A stretch of DNA of 64,000 bases from the IMG/VR virus record IMGVR_UViG_3300042935_001404; one strand, written 5' to 3'. Position 1 is the first letter of the stretch, and every line of letters begins with the position of its first letter. The stretch is from a virus. Its lineage: Duplodnaviria; Caudoviricetes. Shown here piece after piece: positions 29,401-38,412 of the stretch. The translations under genes were made by a program, and so were the position numbers. Below the pieces are notes generated by a model. The model had not been told where the DNA came from, did no database searches, and was given only the letters and a program-made list of their open reading frames with translations.

Positions 29401-31403
29401 GGAATGTCAAAGTCCACAGCACGTGTCAACACGTATGCTGTACCCGGAGCACCTGCTGTGGTTACAACGTAGATACCATTGAATGCAGCCGATGCTGTTG
29501 AATTGTTAACAAATGCGCCTGTTTCGTTCTTGACCAGTACTCGCTGACCAGATGCAACTATTTCACCATCAATGGTCAAGTTGCCTGCAACATTACCTGT
29601 CAGTGTTGCACCAACACCGCTGGTGCCGTTGTTGTATACATAAGCAGGCAGTGTAGCATATGTGCCTACGTGTACAGATGCTTTAAGGTCAAGACCCTGT
29701 GCCACTGCATCAACATAACTCTTGGTTGCGGCATCCTGTGCCTGGACTGGATCTTTAACACCGTTGATGAAACTGGTGTTGACATTGATGTTGCCTGTTC
29801 CATTTGTGACCAAACTAATGCCACTGTTGGCAGATGTAGAAGTGATAGTTACCGAAGGTGCTTCAAATCCAGCATTAGCAATTATAAAGTCACCAATGAC
29901 ATTACCGGTAGCAGAAACAAACCCATTTACATTGACATTGCCAAATGTACCTAGGCCAGCACCAGTGATGTTGCCAGTTGCACTGATCAATCCACCTGTT
30001 AACACATTGCCACCAAACACATTTCCTGTTGCACTTGAAATGCCGCCAGTCAATATATTACCACCAGTGATGTTGCCAGCGCCGCTGATTGTTCCACCCG
30101 TCTCAACGTTGCCCAGGGTGGCCATGCCAGTTGCACTTATTGTTCCACCTGTGGCCAAGTTGCCTACAGTGGCAGTACCAGTAGCACTCACAGTACCACC
30201 AGTAGCAACGTTGCCAAATGTACCTGTGCCAGTGGCACTTACTTGGCCACCTGTCAGCAAGTTTCCGCCTGTGACATTGCCAGTAACACTGAATGATCCG
30301 CCTGTGCTGATATTACCAAATGTGCCGTTACCTGTGGCACTTACTTCTCCGCTGGTTAATACATTACCACCTGTGATTGTGCCAGTAGAACTCACAGTAC
30401 CACCTGTAGCAACATTGCCAAATGTACCTGTTCCGGTGGCACTTACTGTGCCTGACGTGGCAACATTGCCAGCAACAACCGTATTTGAAAGTGTAATGCC
30501 TTCTGCATTTGACGTGATAGTCTGTGTACCAATGTAGATACTGTTGCCAGACAAATATAAATCTTTCCACAATGCACCAGCAGCACCCAGGTTATAAGTT
30601 GCAGTTGTAGTTGGAACCAAGTTGCTGTTGACTGTTCCAGTGACTGTTAAGATGTTGCCAACTGTTACGTTGGCAACCACTGAAACATTGTTGGCCAATG
30701 CCACGGTGACACTACTTACGTTGCCAGTAACTGATGCCACTGCAACAGTGATTTGATCAGTTGTTCCGTCAAAGTCAATTGTGTCGCCACCGTTGACTGC
30801 TTCTGTAGTTGTGCCGTCAGAGATGGCAAAAGATGAGTTGCCCAATGTGCTTAAAACATACGCTTTGGTGGCAGCATCGGTGTTGGCAACCGGATCAGCA
30901 ACGTTGCTGATCACCACATTACCAAAACTCACAATAGAGTTGGCTGCCACTGTCAAGTTGGCAATGTTACTTTGACCAGCAACAGTTAATCCAGCAGTTA
31001 CATTGGCATTTAATGTGGTAAGATTGGCATATGCTGACACTACAATTGTAGTTTCTGTCTCAGGGGTGCTGGTAAATGCTGTTATAAAGGACTGTGCGCT
31101 TTCGTCCCAGACAAAAGCAATGTTGTTGGCAGTACCACGTTGACCAATGAAACCAATGTCCACTGCTGGAGAACCAGTCTGTGTGGAAGCCAGTAAAATA
31201 ACCGGATCTTCAATGGTGGTAATGTTGGTGTCAATTGCAGTGGTATTGCCTTGAACAGTCAAGTTTCCTGTGACAGTAAGATTTGACCCGTAGGTCAGAT
31301 TGTTTGCGATTTTTGCGGCACTGATCGAATAATCAACTAGTTTCGAACTGGCAACAATGGTTGCATCTGTAATTTGATTATTCTTAATTCTGGTAACAGC
31401 CAT
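26454..31403 (-). CDS. Giant repeat-rich fibre protein (about 1650 aa; start moved to MAVTRIKNNQ)
   Basis: AAGGA RBS before the ATG at 31403; dozens of ~17-aa GGxxSATGNxTxGNxxT repeats; C-terminal SAQYADLAEKY domain. Confidence 0.85.
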   Translation of the reverse strand: MAVTRIKNNQITDATIVASSKLVDYSISAAKIANNLTYGSNLTVTGNLTVQGNTTAIDTNITTIEDPVILLASTQTGSPAVDIGFIGQRGTANNIAFVWDESAQSFITAFTSTPETETTIVVSAYANLTTLNANVTAGLTVAGQSNIANLTVAANSIVSFGNVVISNVADPVANTDAATKAYVLSTLGNSSFAISDGTTTEAVNGGDTIDFDGTTDQITVAVASVTGNVSSVTVALANNVSVVANVTVGNILTVTGTVNSNLVPTTTATYNLGAAGALWKDLYLSGNSIYIGTQTITSNAEGITLSNTVVAGNVATSGTVSATGTGTFGNVATGGTVSSTGTITGGNVLTSGEVSATGNGTFGNISTGGSFSVTGNVTGGNLLTGGQVSATGTGTFGNVATGGTVSATGTATVGNLATGGTISATGMATLGNVETGGTISGAGNITGGNILTGGISSATGNVFGGNVLTGGLISATGNITGAGLGTFGNVNVNGFVSATGNVIGDFIIANAGFEAPSVTITSTSANSGISLVTNGTGNINVNTSFINGVKDPVQAQDAATKSYVDAVAQGLDLKASVHVGTYATLPAYVYNNGTSGVGATLTGNVAGNLTIDGEIVASGQRVLVKNETGAFVNNSTASAAFNGIYVVTTAGAPGTAYVLTRAVDFDIPNEMYGAFTFVETGNVLADTGWVCTNNSASPIIVGTTEIIWAQFSGAGQYTAGNALSLSGTQFNVNTDGSANATIGINGSNQLIIPASAVLTTPNIGAATGTSLTATGNVDAGNVLTGGIVSSTGTGTFGNVNTGGLVSATGNLTAGNITSNGNFDTVSISATGNIKGGNLETGGTVSSTGTATLGNVNTGGLISATGNITGGNILTSGAGGDISGTGNITGGNLITGGIISSTGTATLGNVATGGTVSTVGNITAGAGSFFIGNGSQLTGVSADSAIALINGNTNITTATNGNANVTIGGTSNVVVFTTGGIDVTGTVSANGTVTGGNLATGGTVSSTGNATAGNVSAVGNVTGQTFIGNIEATTVSATGNVTGQTFIGNIEATTVSATANVTGGNIITGGIVSATGNVTAGNVIATSGKFGNIVISGDDITDAGGGVVNINSALADVNFAVNGDTVANLLFVDAGTDTVSIGSATQTTGAILAVNATNSVLFPVGNTAQRPTGVVGMLRYNTSVDSLEQYASTGWETVGTPAFTVVADNQFNGDGSTVAFTLTQASTTAGAIVAINGVQQIPTTAYSISTTTLTFTEAPAAGDVIDVRMFTTTTSVNSISNAAGNAIVATSETAALVNVTGDLSVNGTILGGNINSTAITNGTSNMAVVSSGGNIRGNVAGTTVMTISPGLVDIQGNLTVSGNATLQGNILGDRIQNGTTSFDIQSASGNANITIGGTSNVAVFTTVGLTLGGNLLPSANVTYDLGSETQAWRDLYLSGNSIKLGSATITSSGNSVSMGTGNVTGANLTTAGIVSATGNIAGGNLTVGTGTITGGNIVNANGNGIGNIGSSSVYFNTVFAKATSAQYADLAEKYEADAEYAPGTVLEFGGDKEVTLSTEAGSTRVAGVVSTNPSYIMNAGLTAEHVAMVALQGRVPCRVVGPVAKGDMMVAAGNGAARVDNSARAGSIIGKALENFSGAEGTIEVVIGRN
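28233..28364. repeat. 60-bp tandem repeat inside the fibre gene (TTVSATGNVTGQTFIGNIEA x2)
   Basis: Near-identical sequence at a 60-nt period, visible directly in consecutive lines of the sequence. Confidence 0.85.
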
Positions 31404-31606
31404 GACATTCCTTGTTTTTAACTTCAAAAATCGCTAACACCCGTGTTAGCAATCTAAATTTATATGTTATTTACCAAAGTCGTGGCGATAAACACTGCTC
31501 AGTTTAATAAACAGTGTGAAATAAATTTGTTACCGGGGAGTTTGTTGTGTTTTTATTTACCAAACTGGTAAAAACATTTAGCAGAATTGCAACATTTTAG
31601 TGCAGA

Positions 31607-32926
31607 TCAAGTTGTGATAGTGCTGCCAATAGTCACTTGTTTCCAGGCACCGCCTGTGTACACTGCCAAACAAGGTGATCCAGCAGCACCGTTGGAAACA
31701 TAGATCACCTGTCCTGTTGCAACGTTGCCTAGTCCGTTGGCCTGTGCTACTGTGTATGCAGGCAGTTGTAGACTGTGACCAGCACTGATATTCAATATAC
31801 TGGTGCTGGTCACTTGTGCCACAGTTGTAGAATTTATATCAAAATCAATGTTGCCGCCAGCTGTGGTGTTTACTTCTGCAGTTCCTGCAGAGTTTGTCAA
31901 AGCAGTTACTGTGCTAACTGTGGCAATAAATCGAATCTGTATGATATCAGTTGTCAACGGAACATCGGTGAATGTAATTTGATCAGTTGCCACTGTGTAA
32001 TCAACGTTGGGTGTTTGATTTATACCGTTAATTGTGACCAAAATTCCAGTTGCGGTAGCGGCCTGGTCCAGGGTGTATGTTGCAGTTGATCCATCTGGTG
32101 TGATAGTTTGATTGGTAATATTTGCTATTGCACCGCCGATACTTTCCCAGTCTGATCCAGTGTATATTTCTGTCTGATTCAAGGCGTTGTTGTAGCGTAT
32201 TGTTCCTTCCACAGCTGGATCTGGACGCTGTGTGGTGTTACCATATGGAATCGTTATGCCGCCTGTGCCAGATATGGTCACAAGTCCGTTGCCGGTGGCA
32301 GTTAGGGTAATGTTTCCATTGGCCAAGTTTGTGGACACTGTGGTATTGGCCACAGTCAAATTGCCAATTGTTACATTGCCAGGATTGTTGGTAACTCCAA
32401 GAGCGCCAACATATTCGTAACCTGAGATATACACCACATTTCCTGCAGTCAACACAGTGGGAATTGTTTCGCCAATGAAGTTGAGTACGCCGGCTTGTGT
32501 ATCAAAGAAATATTCGCCAACTCCGCCAATACCAGTGGAGAATATCTGTGTGCCGGTGGCTTGAATGTTAGCGGCTGCGGCAGGTCCTACATATACCTTT
32601 GGCAACCAAGTGGCTCCAAACTCTTGCGGAATCCAGTATTCAACATTGCTCAGCCATGTGGGACGTATGCCACCTATGGGTGGCACAGTGGTGTCCGGGT
32701 CGCACTGCACAGAATTTGCGTTTATACGAGCATTAGCAATGCCAGTGATTGCACCAGCAGAGGAAGTAATTTGGTCAGACTGCATCCATACAATGTCGCC
32801 ACGTATGAACGCTGGTGATGCTATGCTTTCGTTTGACGCACTTTTAGTTGTGGCGTTGGCAGTTTTTGCAACACCTTGCAGTTTCTTAAACAGTAGGTCA
32901 ATGTATTGTGCGACTGAGACTGCCAT
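31607..32926 (-). CDS. Virion structural/fibre-associated protein
   Basis: Gly/Thr-rich; contains the PDGSTATYTL...VTINGINQTP...Y..ITFT module and GGITIPYGNTTQRP. Confidence 0.7.
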   Translation of the reverse strand: MAVSVAQYIDLLFKKLQGVAKTANATTKSASNESIASPAFIRGDIVWMQSDQITSSAGAITGIANARINANSVQCDPDTTVPPIGGIRPTWLSNVEYWIPQEFGATWLPKVYVGPAAAANIQATGTQIFSTGIGGVGEYFFDTQAGVLNFIGETIPTVLTAGNVVYISGYEYVGALGVTNNPGNVTIGNLTVANTTVSTNLANGNITLTATGNGLVTISGTGGITIPYGNTTQRPDPAVEGTIRYNNALNQTEIYTGSDWESIGGAIANITNQTITPDGSTATYTLDQAATATGILVTINGINQTPNVDYTVATDQITFTDVPLTTDIIQIRFIATVSTVTALTNSAGTAEVNTTAGGNIDFDINSTTVAQVTSTSILNISAGHSLQLPAYTVAQANGLGNVATGQVIYVSNGAAGSPCLAVYTGGAWKQVTIGSTITT

Positions 32927-35427
32927 TAGTTACTCGCTACGTTTAGTGATAGGCCGGTCACTGACTGACCTGATGTGAGAGCAACTCTCACATAGATTTC
33001 GTTTGTTGCTGTGCTGGAACTTGAAACAGTTCCAAAAGTACAAGTTTTGTTTGTACTTGCTGTGTTTACGTTGGGAACAACTACACCACCCAGGGCGCAA
33101 CCATCTGACCCGTTACCTGGACTATTAACACCAGGATAACCAGCGCCGGCATAGGCAGTGGTCATCGCAATCCAGCCATTGGCACCAGAACTGGAATCAA
33201 TCACTGATCCTGGCAATGCCACCCATATACCAGCCACATTGCCAGCATAGGTAATGTCAAATTTTGACACATTGGTTCGTATAAATTTGATTGTAAAGTA
33301 CTGTGTTCCTGTGCGGCCAGCACTTAGGTTAGGACCTGCAGGCAAGTATCCTGTTGAATAATTGGTTTGATCATGTTTGAGTACACCTTGTGACCCTGAG
33401 CCTACCACAGTGGCATCGTATGTTTCCAGTGTTGAACTTTGACTGTTAAAGTTTGCTTCGCTGCCTGTGTACGCAGGAGTGTTTCCGGAGCCAGGATTGA
33501 TGATACGAACAGCATTGCCTGACCCTGTGCCAACCCCAGTGACAATAACATTGCCTTCGTCGATGGCAGTGGCAGAGCCTGATTTATACAATGCAATATT
33601 GCCCAGAGCTGAGGTCAATGTCAACGTGCCAGTTGAGTAACTGTTGTTGACACTGATGCTGGGACCAGTTGAACTGCCGCCAAATCCTGTGGTTATGTTT
33701 GCAGTGGTTGAGAATGATGCACTTGCAAACGATCCAAGAACGTTACTGCCAATGTTGCTGGCGCTGTAGTTAACTGATGCAGGTGCCGCAAAACTTCCGG
33801 CGGCTGAACCGGACGCCAAGGTGTTTGATGTTGGGTATGTGTTGCCACTGACATTGGCCACATTGGCAGAAATTGCAAATTGTGTGGCATTGGTATAGTG
33901 CGGAATAGTACTGCTATACAATAAAGTTGGTGACCCTGGCGGAGTCATTGTGCCAGCACTGAAACTGGGAGTAGCAGGACTAGAATTGTCATAGTACCAA
34001 ACAGGTGTGTTGGTATTGCCTGTGGCAGAATCTGCTATGTAAACTTCGTTCCAACCAGCTGGTGCCGCGGTTCCTGACATAGACGATGAGAACACATACC
34101 AGAATCCTGCGGCAATGTTTGCATTGGCGTTGCGATAGTCAAAGTTATTGGTGATCACCAGGTTGCCGCCGTAGGTGCCATTGGCTGTGGGGCTCGCACC
34201 GGCGTTCAAGGTCACATTGCCCACATTGGCACCATTGCGAACCGCAGTGATTGTACCGGTATCTCCAGGGCCAACAGTGCTGATAGTGTTGGTAGCATAG
34301 GTAGCAACACGCAGAATCGTGGTAACAGTGGCACCAGCGGCCACTGCTTTGTTGGCAGCAGGTGTGTTATCTACCTGTGTGATATTGGCCATTCTGTATG
34401 TGGCCAAACCAGAAAGTGACAGTGTTTGTCCGCCCGGAAAATTAGCAGGAGATGGTGGTACCAATTTTCCCAGCACTGTGTTTAGCTGTGTGATACCATC
34501 AGTCACTGTGGTAGTGGTGGTTAAAGTAACAGCATTACTAACAAGGTTGCCCAATGTGTTGGTACCCATTGGGATAAGATTGCCCACTACGCCAATGTCA
34601 GCTGCCGATGACCATGTCAAATTGCCGGAACCGTTGGTGCTTAATACATAATTTGCAGTGCCGCCTGTGATTGTGATATTGGCATTTGAGCCCAGTGACA
34701 ATATTCCAGATGCTGCCGATATAGCGTTGCCAGATAACGTTACTCCATTGGCAACAAGATTACCAGTGGCGTTGACCGTGCCATCTACGTTTGCACCAGT
34801 GCTGGTGACTACAAACACATTGGCAGTGCCTGCTACACTTGTAGCAACATTAGAATTTGCGTAGACTTTTACATTGCTGTTGCCGTTTTGAATTGATGTG
34901 GCATCAATGCCGGTTAATTGACTACCGTTGCCAATGAAGAAGTTACCAGTGATATTACCTGTGGCACTCACTGTGCCTGTGACATCTGCACCTGAGCCTG
35001 TGACCACAAACACATTGGCCGTGCCGCCCACACTTGTGGCCACATTTGCATTGGCATATACTTTTACATTGCTATTGCCATTCTGTATGCTTGTGGCGTC
35101 TATGCCGGTTAGTTGACTGCCGTTGCCAATGAAGAAATTAGCAGTGATGTTGCCGGTAGCACTCATTACACCTGCGGTGTTGACATTTCCGCCTGTGATG
35201 TTGCCAACTGCGCTTACAGTACTAGACGAAAAAAGATTGTTGGCTATCGCATTGCCGACAATATCAAGTGCTTGAACAGGAGTTGCGTTGTTAACACCAA
35301 CTCTGGAATTTACAACGTCAACAAAGACGACCGGGGTGTCGGCTACTGTGTCAGAAATTGCCAGATTAGAACCATCTCTTTCGAGAGTGTTCTTCAACAT
35401 CTGTCCTGCAATTTTGCTAATAGCCAT
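32926..35427 (-). CDS. Large virion structural/fibre protein
   Basis: 833 aa, beta-rich; a ~65-aa block (SATGNITxNFFIGNGSQLTGIDATSIQNGNSNVKVYAN...) occurs twice. Confidence 0.75.
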   Translation of the reverse strand: MAISKIAGQMLKNTLERDGSNLAISDTVADTPVVFVDVVNSRVGVNNATPVQALDIVGNAIANNLFSSSTVSAVGNITGGNVNTAGVMSATGNITANFFIGNGSQLTGIDATSIQNGNSNVKVYANANVATSVGGTANVFVVTGSGADVTGTVSATGNITGNFFIGNGSQLTGIDATSIQNGNSNVKVYANSNVATSVAGTANVFVVTSTGANVDGTVNATGNLVANGVTLSGNAISAASGILSLGSNANITITGGTANYVLSTNGSGNLTWSSAADIGVVGNLIPMGTNTLGNLVSNAVTLTTTTTVTDGITQLNTVLGKLVPPSPANFPGGQTLSLSGLATYRMANITQVDNTPAANKAVAAGATVTTILRVATYATNTISTVGPGDTGTITAVRNGANVGNVTLNAGASPTANGTYGGNLVITNNFDYRNANANIAAGFWYVFSSSMSGTAAPAGWNEVYIADSATGNTNTPVWYYDNSSPATPSFSAGTMTPPGSPTLLYSSTIPHYTNATQFAISANVANVSGNTYPTSNTLASGSAAGSFAAPASVNYSASNIGSNVLGSFASASFSTTANITTGFGGSSTGPSISVNNSYSTGTLTLTSALGNIALYKSGSATAIDEGNVIVTGVGTGSGNAVRIINPGSGNTPAYTGSEANFNSQSSTLETYDATVVGSGSQGVLKHDQTNYSTGYLPAGPNLSAGRTGTQYFTIKFIRTNVSKFDITYAGNVAGIWVALPGSVIDSSSGANGWIAMTTAYAGAGYPGVNSPGNGSDGCALGGVVVPNVNTASTNKTCTFGTVSSSSTATNEIYVRVALTSGQSVTGLSLNVASN

Positions 35428-35466
35428 TGATTTTTTCCCTTATAGGGTATTTAGTTGATGCAACAC

Positions 35467-35865
35467 TCAGGTTGTGCTATGAATCACGTTGACTGGAAGA
35501 CCCAATGGCGGCGCACTGGTAAATGTGATATCAAATCCACCGTTAACTGTGTAATTTGTCACTGGTATCTGATACACGCTGCCAATAAACACAATGATCT
35601 GTTGTGCTGTTGCTTCCTGTACGGACATGGTGAACACTGTGGTAACACCGTTGCCTATAAAATCATCAACTGTGTAAGCAATGGATCCACCAGCGGACAG
35701 AGGAGACCATACAGCACCGTTGTAGAATTCAATCAATCCTATATCGGTGTTAAATCTAAATTGACCAAACACAGGTGCGTCCGGGCGAGTGGCCGAGCTG
35801 CCAGTTGGCATGACCACTGATGTACTGCCAGATTCTAGTCGTCGATTTTTGACCCAATTTCCCAT
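35467..35865 (-). CDS. Small structural protein
   Basis: MPTGSSATRP...GQFRFNTD and FIGNGVTTVFTM...GSVYQIP...Y.V...ITFTSAP modules, shared with neighbouring genes. Confidence 0.7.
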   Translation of the reverse strand: MGNWVKNRRLESGSTSVVMPTGSSATRPDAPVFGQFRFNTDIGLIEFYNGAVWSPLSAGGSIAYTVDDFIGNGVTTVFTMSVQEATAQQIIVFIGSVYQIPVTNYTVNGGFDITFTSAPPLGLPVNVIHSTT

Positions 35866-35866
35866 G

Positions 35867-36199
35867 TTACACTGCGATCGAACTCACTGTAACAGTGACA
35901 CAATCAGCAATGTTTGCTTCAACATCAATGAGATCGCCGTTGTCTAGTATAAGTCTTTCTGTTGATATAACATAGGTATCACCTATGTTGCCGCTGCCAG
36001 CAGTGAGTAAAATCTGATTGTAAATCATATTTTCAAAAGCAGCTCCAACACTGTCATCACTGTTGATTGCAAATACATTGACAGAAACATCTGTTCCTGT
36101 TGTGTTGCACAAATATATTGTGGTGATTGCCTGTTGTCCAACTGCTTCAAATACTGTGGTTGGTGTGGTTGTTGTTAATCGTGTATTGGTAATTGCCAT
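35867..36199 (-). CDS. Small structural protein
   Basis: 110-aa beta-rich ORF in operon (ITTIYLCN...ERLIL..GD). Confidence 0.65.
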   Translation of the reverse strand: MAITNTRLTTTTPTTVFEAVGQQAITTIYLCNTTGTDVSVNVFAINSDDSVGAAFENMIYNQILLTAGSGNIGDTYVISTERLILDNGDLIDVEANIADCVTVTVSSIAV

Positions 36200-36208
36200 T
36201 TTGATTCC

Positions 36209-36820
36209 TTAAAGTACAAGACTGTATGCAAGAGCCTTGCGTTTGCTAATTAATTCGTCGTCAACAGTTGTGCTTCTGACGTACACACCAGTACCGCCAG
36301 CGCCTTCGGTGTTGTTGTACAGTGCGGCACTGTTTGCTGTTGCTGTGGGCGTTGACGCTATGTTGCCCAAGACCAATTGTCCTGTTATGCCCACTTTGGT
36401 ATTTACAGAATCAAATGTAAATTTGCTATTACCACCAAACACGCCAGCATTGTTAAATTGTACAGAGTTAACAGGTGCACCCGGTGTTCCGCCCACAGTG
36501 CCGGAAGCAATTGTTACATATGCAGATATTGGTGCGCCATTGGCGTCAACACTGTCACTGATTTCCCAATCGCCCGACACTGTGTTAAATCGCAAGCCTG
36601 CAAAAGTTGTGGTTGTTTTTTGAGCCACCAAGCCCATACTTTGTATTGCACCGTTGTTGTTGGCTGCAACCGTAATGAATGGGTCAGTGACTTTGAGTTC
36701 ACTTGAATCAATGTATGTGATGTTGCCAATCACATCCAAGTCAGCGTTGATGGTCAGCAGTCCAAGACCATCTGCTACCGTGATGGTATAGTTGCCGCTG
36801 GTATTTTTTACTGTAGCCAT
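36209..36820 (-). CDS. Structural/fibre-associated protein
   Basis: LKVTDPFITVAANN and SVQFNNAGVFGG modules also occur in the fibre genes; TAAATA and AAGGA upstream. Confidence 0.65.
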   Translation of the reverse strand: MATVKNTSGNYTITVADGLGLLTINADLDVIGNITYIDSSELKVTDPFITVAANNNGAIQSMGLVAQKTTTTFAGLRFNTVSGDWEISDSVDANGAPISAYVTIASGTVGGTPGAPVNSVQFNNAGVFGGNSKFTFDSVNTKVGITGQLVLGNIASTPTATANSAALYNNTEGAGGTGVYVRSTTVDDELISKRKALAYSLVL

Positions 36821-37408
36821 TTAGAGATCCTTTTGATTATTTATCCGCATTACAAAGGTACTCAAATCCTCGTGAGTTAAGTTTTTAATCCGGTCTAATT
36901 CTGGTAATCGTGCTGTGGTGTTGCCGCAGATGCGAATAAATTCGGTATCAGGGTGGTCTTTGGCCACAGTTGTCAGTTGTTTTACCCAGTTTCCGGTAAA
37001 AGTTGGACGTGAATCATTGGGTTTGTAAAACTCTGTGCCAGCATACATGTTGTTAAACTGGTTGTGTACATTGGGACCCATGTCGAATCCTATCAGGTAG
37101 ATCCTGCCGTGTTGATCTTTTGCCGCAATGCCCACTGCATTTGGACCAGAACTGAATCCGTAATACTCTTTGGGAACAGCCACAGCACCCAGCCCGGGAA
37201 TGGGTTTTCTTGTGTAGAATCGATGTCGTGCAGAATAGCCTGTTTCTTGTATCAGCTGGGCAATTGGGCGATCTGTTGCCACAAGAACGTCTGGTGTAAA
37301 CTCTCGATAAAGAGCGTTACAGCCATATACTTTTCCCAATGTTTTGATGTGTTCCAACGGCAGGCCGGACCTGCTGACTCCGTTGCCCAACACAAATGCT
37401 ATAGTCAT
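36821..37408 (-). CDS. MptE/DUF115-like (sialyltransferase-like fold) protein
   Basis: AFVLGNGVSR, VYGCNALYR, PDVLVATD, SSGPNA and IYLIGFD motifs. Confidence 0.55.
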   Translation of the reverse strand: MTIAFVLGNGVSRSGLPLEHIKTLGKVYGCNALYREFTPDVLVATDRPIAQLIQETGYSARHRFYTRKPIPGLGAVAVPKEYYGFSSGPNAVGIAAKDQHGRIYLIGFDMGPNVHNQFNNMYAGTEFYKPNDSRPTFTGNWVKQLTTVAKDHPDTEFIRICGNTTARLPELDRIKNLTHEDLSTFVMRINNQKDL

Positions 37409-37411
37409 AAA

Positions 37412-37439
37412 AAATCCCCACAGTACTTAGTGGGGATTT
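37412..37439 (-). promoter_or_regulatory. Hairpin that sequesters the RBS and carries a late promoter variant (TAAGTA) in its loop
   Basis: 10-bp perfect stem aaatccccac/gtggggattt with loop taagtact; the 3' arm holds GGGGA, followed by 6 nt and the ATG at 37408. Confidence 0.6.
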
Positions 37440-37455
37440 GTGAGTTACAACAAAA

Positions 37456-38265
37456 TTAGCTTGTGTAGTTCTCTACAATTGCTAGATCCAATGCACCTGT
37501 TGCCAATTGCTCTGAACCGTTTGTGCCCCAGGTGTCAATTTCAGCACCAGACTTGGCCGTTGTGCCTTCGTCACTGAAGAAGTTGTCAACCAATGTTACG
37601 TTGTCAACAACCAGAGTTGGATTCCAAACGTCACCGGTGTTGGCTCCGCCGCCTGCACAACCGCCGGCAAAGTTCTGCAAGAACTTGTTGGTCAACTTGC
37701 TGACTGTTGTTTCAGTTGAGTCGTTGCTGAAATAACTGATGCTCATGTTGCCGGCTGTAGGAGTTACATCATTTTGCAACACACATGTGCCAACTTCTTG
37801 CGCTGTGCCGGTGGTGCTGCCTGCAGAGGCTACTGTAGGAGTAAAAATAGTACCAATGCCGTAGCCGGCTGGAGCACCCATACTAGCCCATTCAGTGTCA
37901 CCAACTACAGCAATACGCAAGGCCACACCAACCACGGCATCAGCTGGATCAATTGCTGTGGTTGTTGCAACCATAAACTTGCGTGAACCTTTTTGGCGAA
38001 TAATCAATCCAGGTGTTTGACCACTGTAGCTGTTGGTAATGTTTACTTCGCACTTGACGATTGGATAAGCTGCGCTGGCAACGGTTGTAGGTTGTACACC
38101 GCCAACTACACCAAGATATTCTGTGCCAGTCCAAGTACTACTTGGATACACCGGTGCTGTTAAACTTGTTAATGCATTGAAACCAATATCAACTCCAGGG
38201 TTTGCACCGGTGCTAGAGTTATAACTAGCTTCGGTAATTTTTTTAATTTTAAGAGGACGTCCCAT
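37456..38265 (-). CDS. Hypothetical virion protein
   Basis: 269 aa with a strong TAAGGAG RBS and a late promoter about 95 nt upstream. Confidence 0.7.
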   Translation of the reverse strand: MGRPLKIKKITEASYNSSTGANPGVDIGFNALTSLTAPVYPSSTWTGTEYLGVVGGVQPTTVASAAYPIVKCEVNITNSYSGQTPGLIIRQKGSRKFMVATTTAIDPADAVVGVALRIAVVGDTEWASMGAPAGYGIGTIFTPTVASAGSTTGTAQEVGTCVLQNDVTPTAGNMSISYFSNDSTETTVSKLTNKFLQNFAGGCAGGGANTGDVWNPTLVVDNVTLVDNFFSDEGTTAKSGAEIDTWGTNGSEQLATGALDLAIVENYTS

Positions 38266-38267
38266 TT

Positions 38268-38364
38268 TGTTTTCTCCTTAAAGAAGTCCGATGTGGGTTC
38301 TAGCCACTACGCGGTAGGGTTTAGTCTTCCGCATAAAACGCCGTATTGCGTTGACAAGTATTTA
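38268..38364 (-). promoter_or_regulatory. Late promoter plus structured ~90-nt 5' leader
   Basis: TAAATA at 38359-38364; hairpins aacgc/gcgtt, tatgcgg/ccgcgta and gtgg/ccac precede the RBS. Confidence 0.45.
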
Positions 38365-38412
38365 TGAGTGATTGATATTTTTGCAGTGTCAAAATAACAT
38401 GTAAATATTGCC

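Noticed and set aside
26884-30537. Long plus-strand ORFs (269, 368 and 271 aa) opposite the giant fibre gene
   Set aside because: These are shadow ORFs from Gly/Thr/Asn repeat codons, with no RBS or promoter and mirror-image low-complexity composition.
23922-31403. Diversity-generating retroelement acting on the fibre C-termini
   Set aside because: There is no reverse transcriptase in the window, and the two similar C-termini differ at all base types rather than only at adenines.
38296-38303. preQ1-I riboswitch-like GGTTCTAG on the plus strand
   Set aside because: It lacks the 5-bp P1 enclosing the loop and the AAAAAACUA tail; the region is better explained as the leader of the minus-strand gene.
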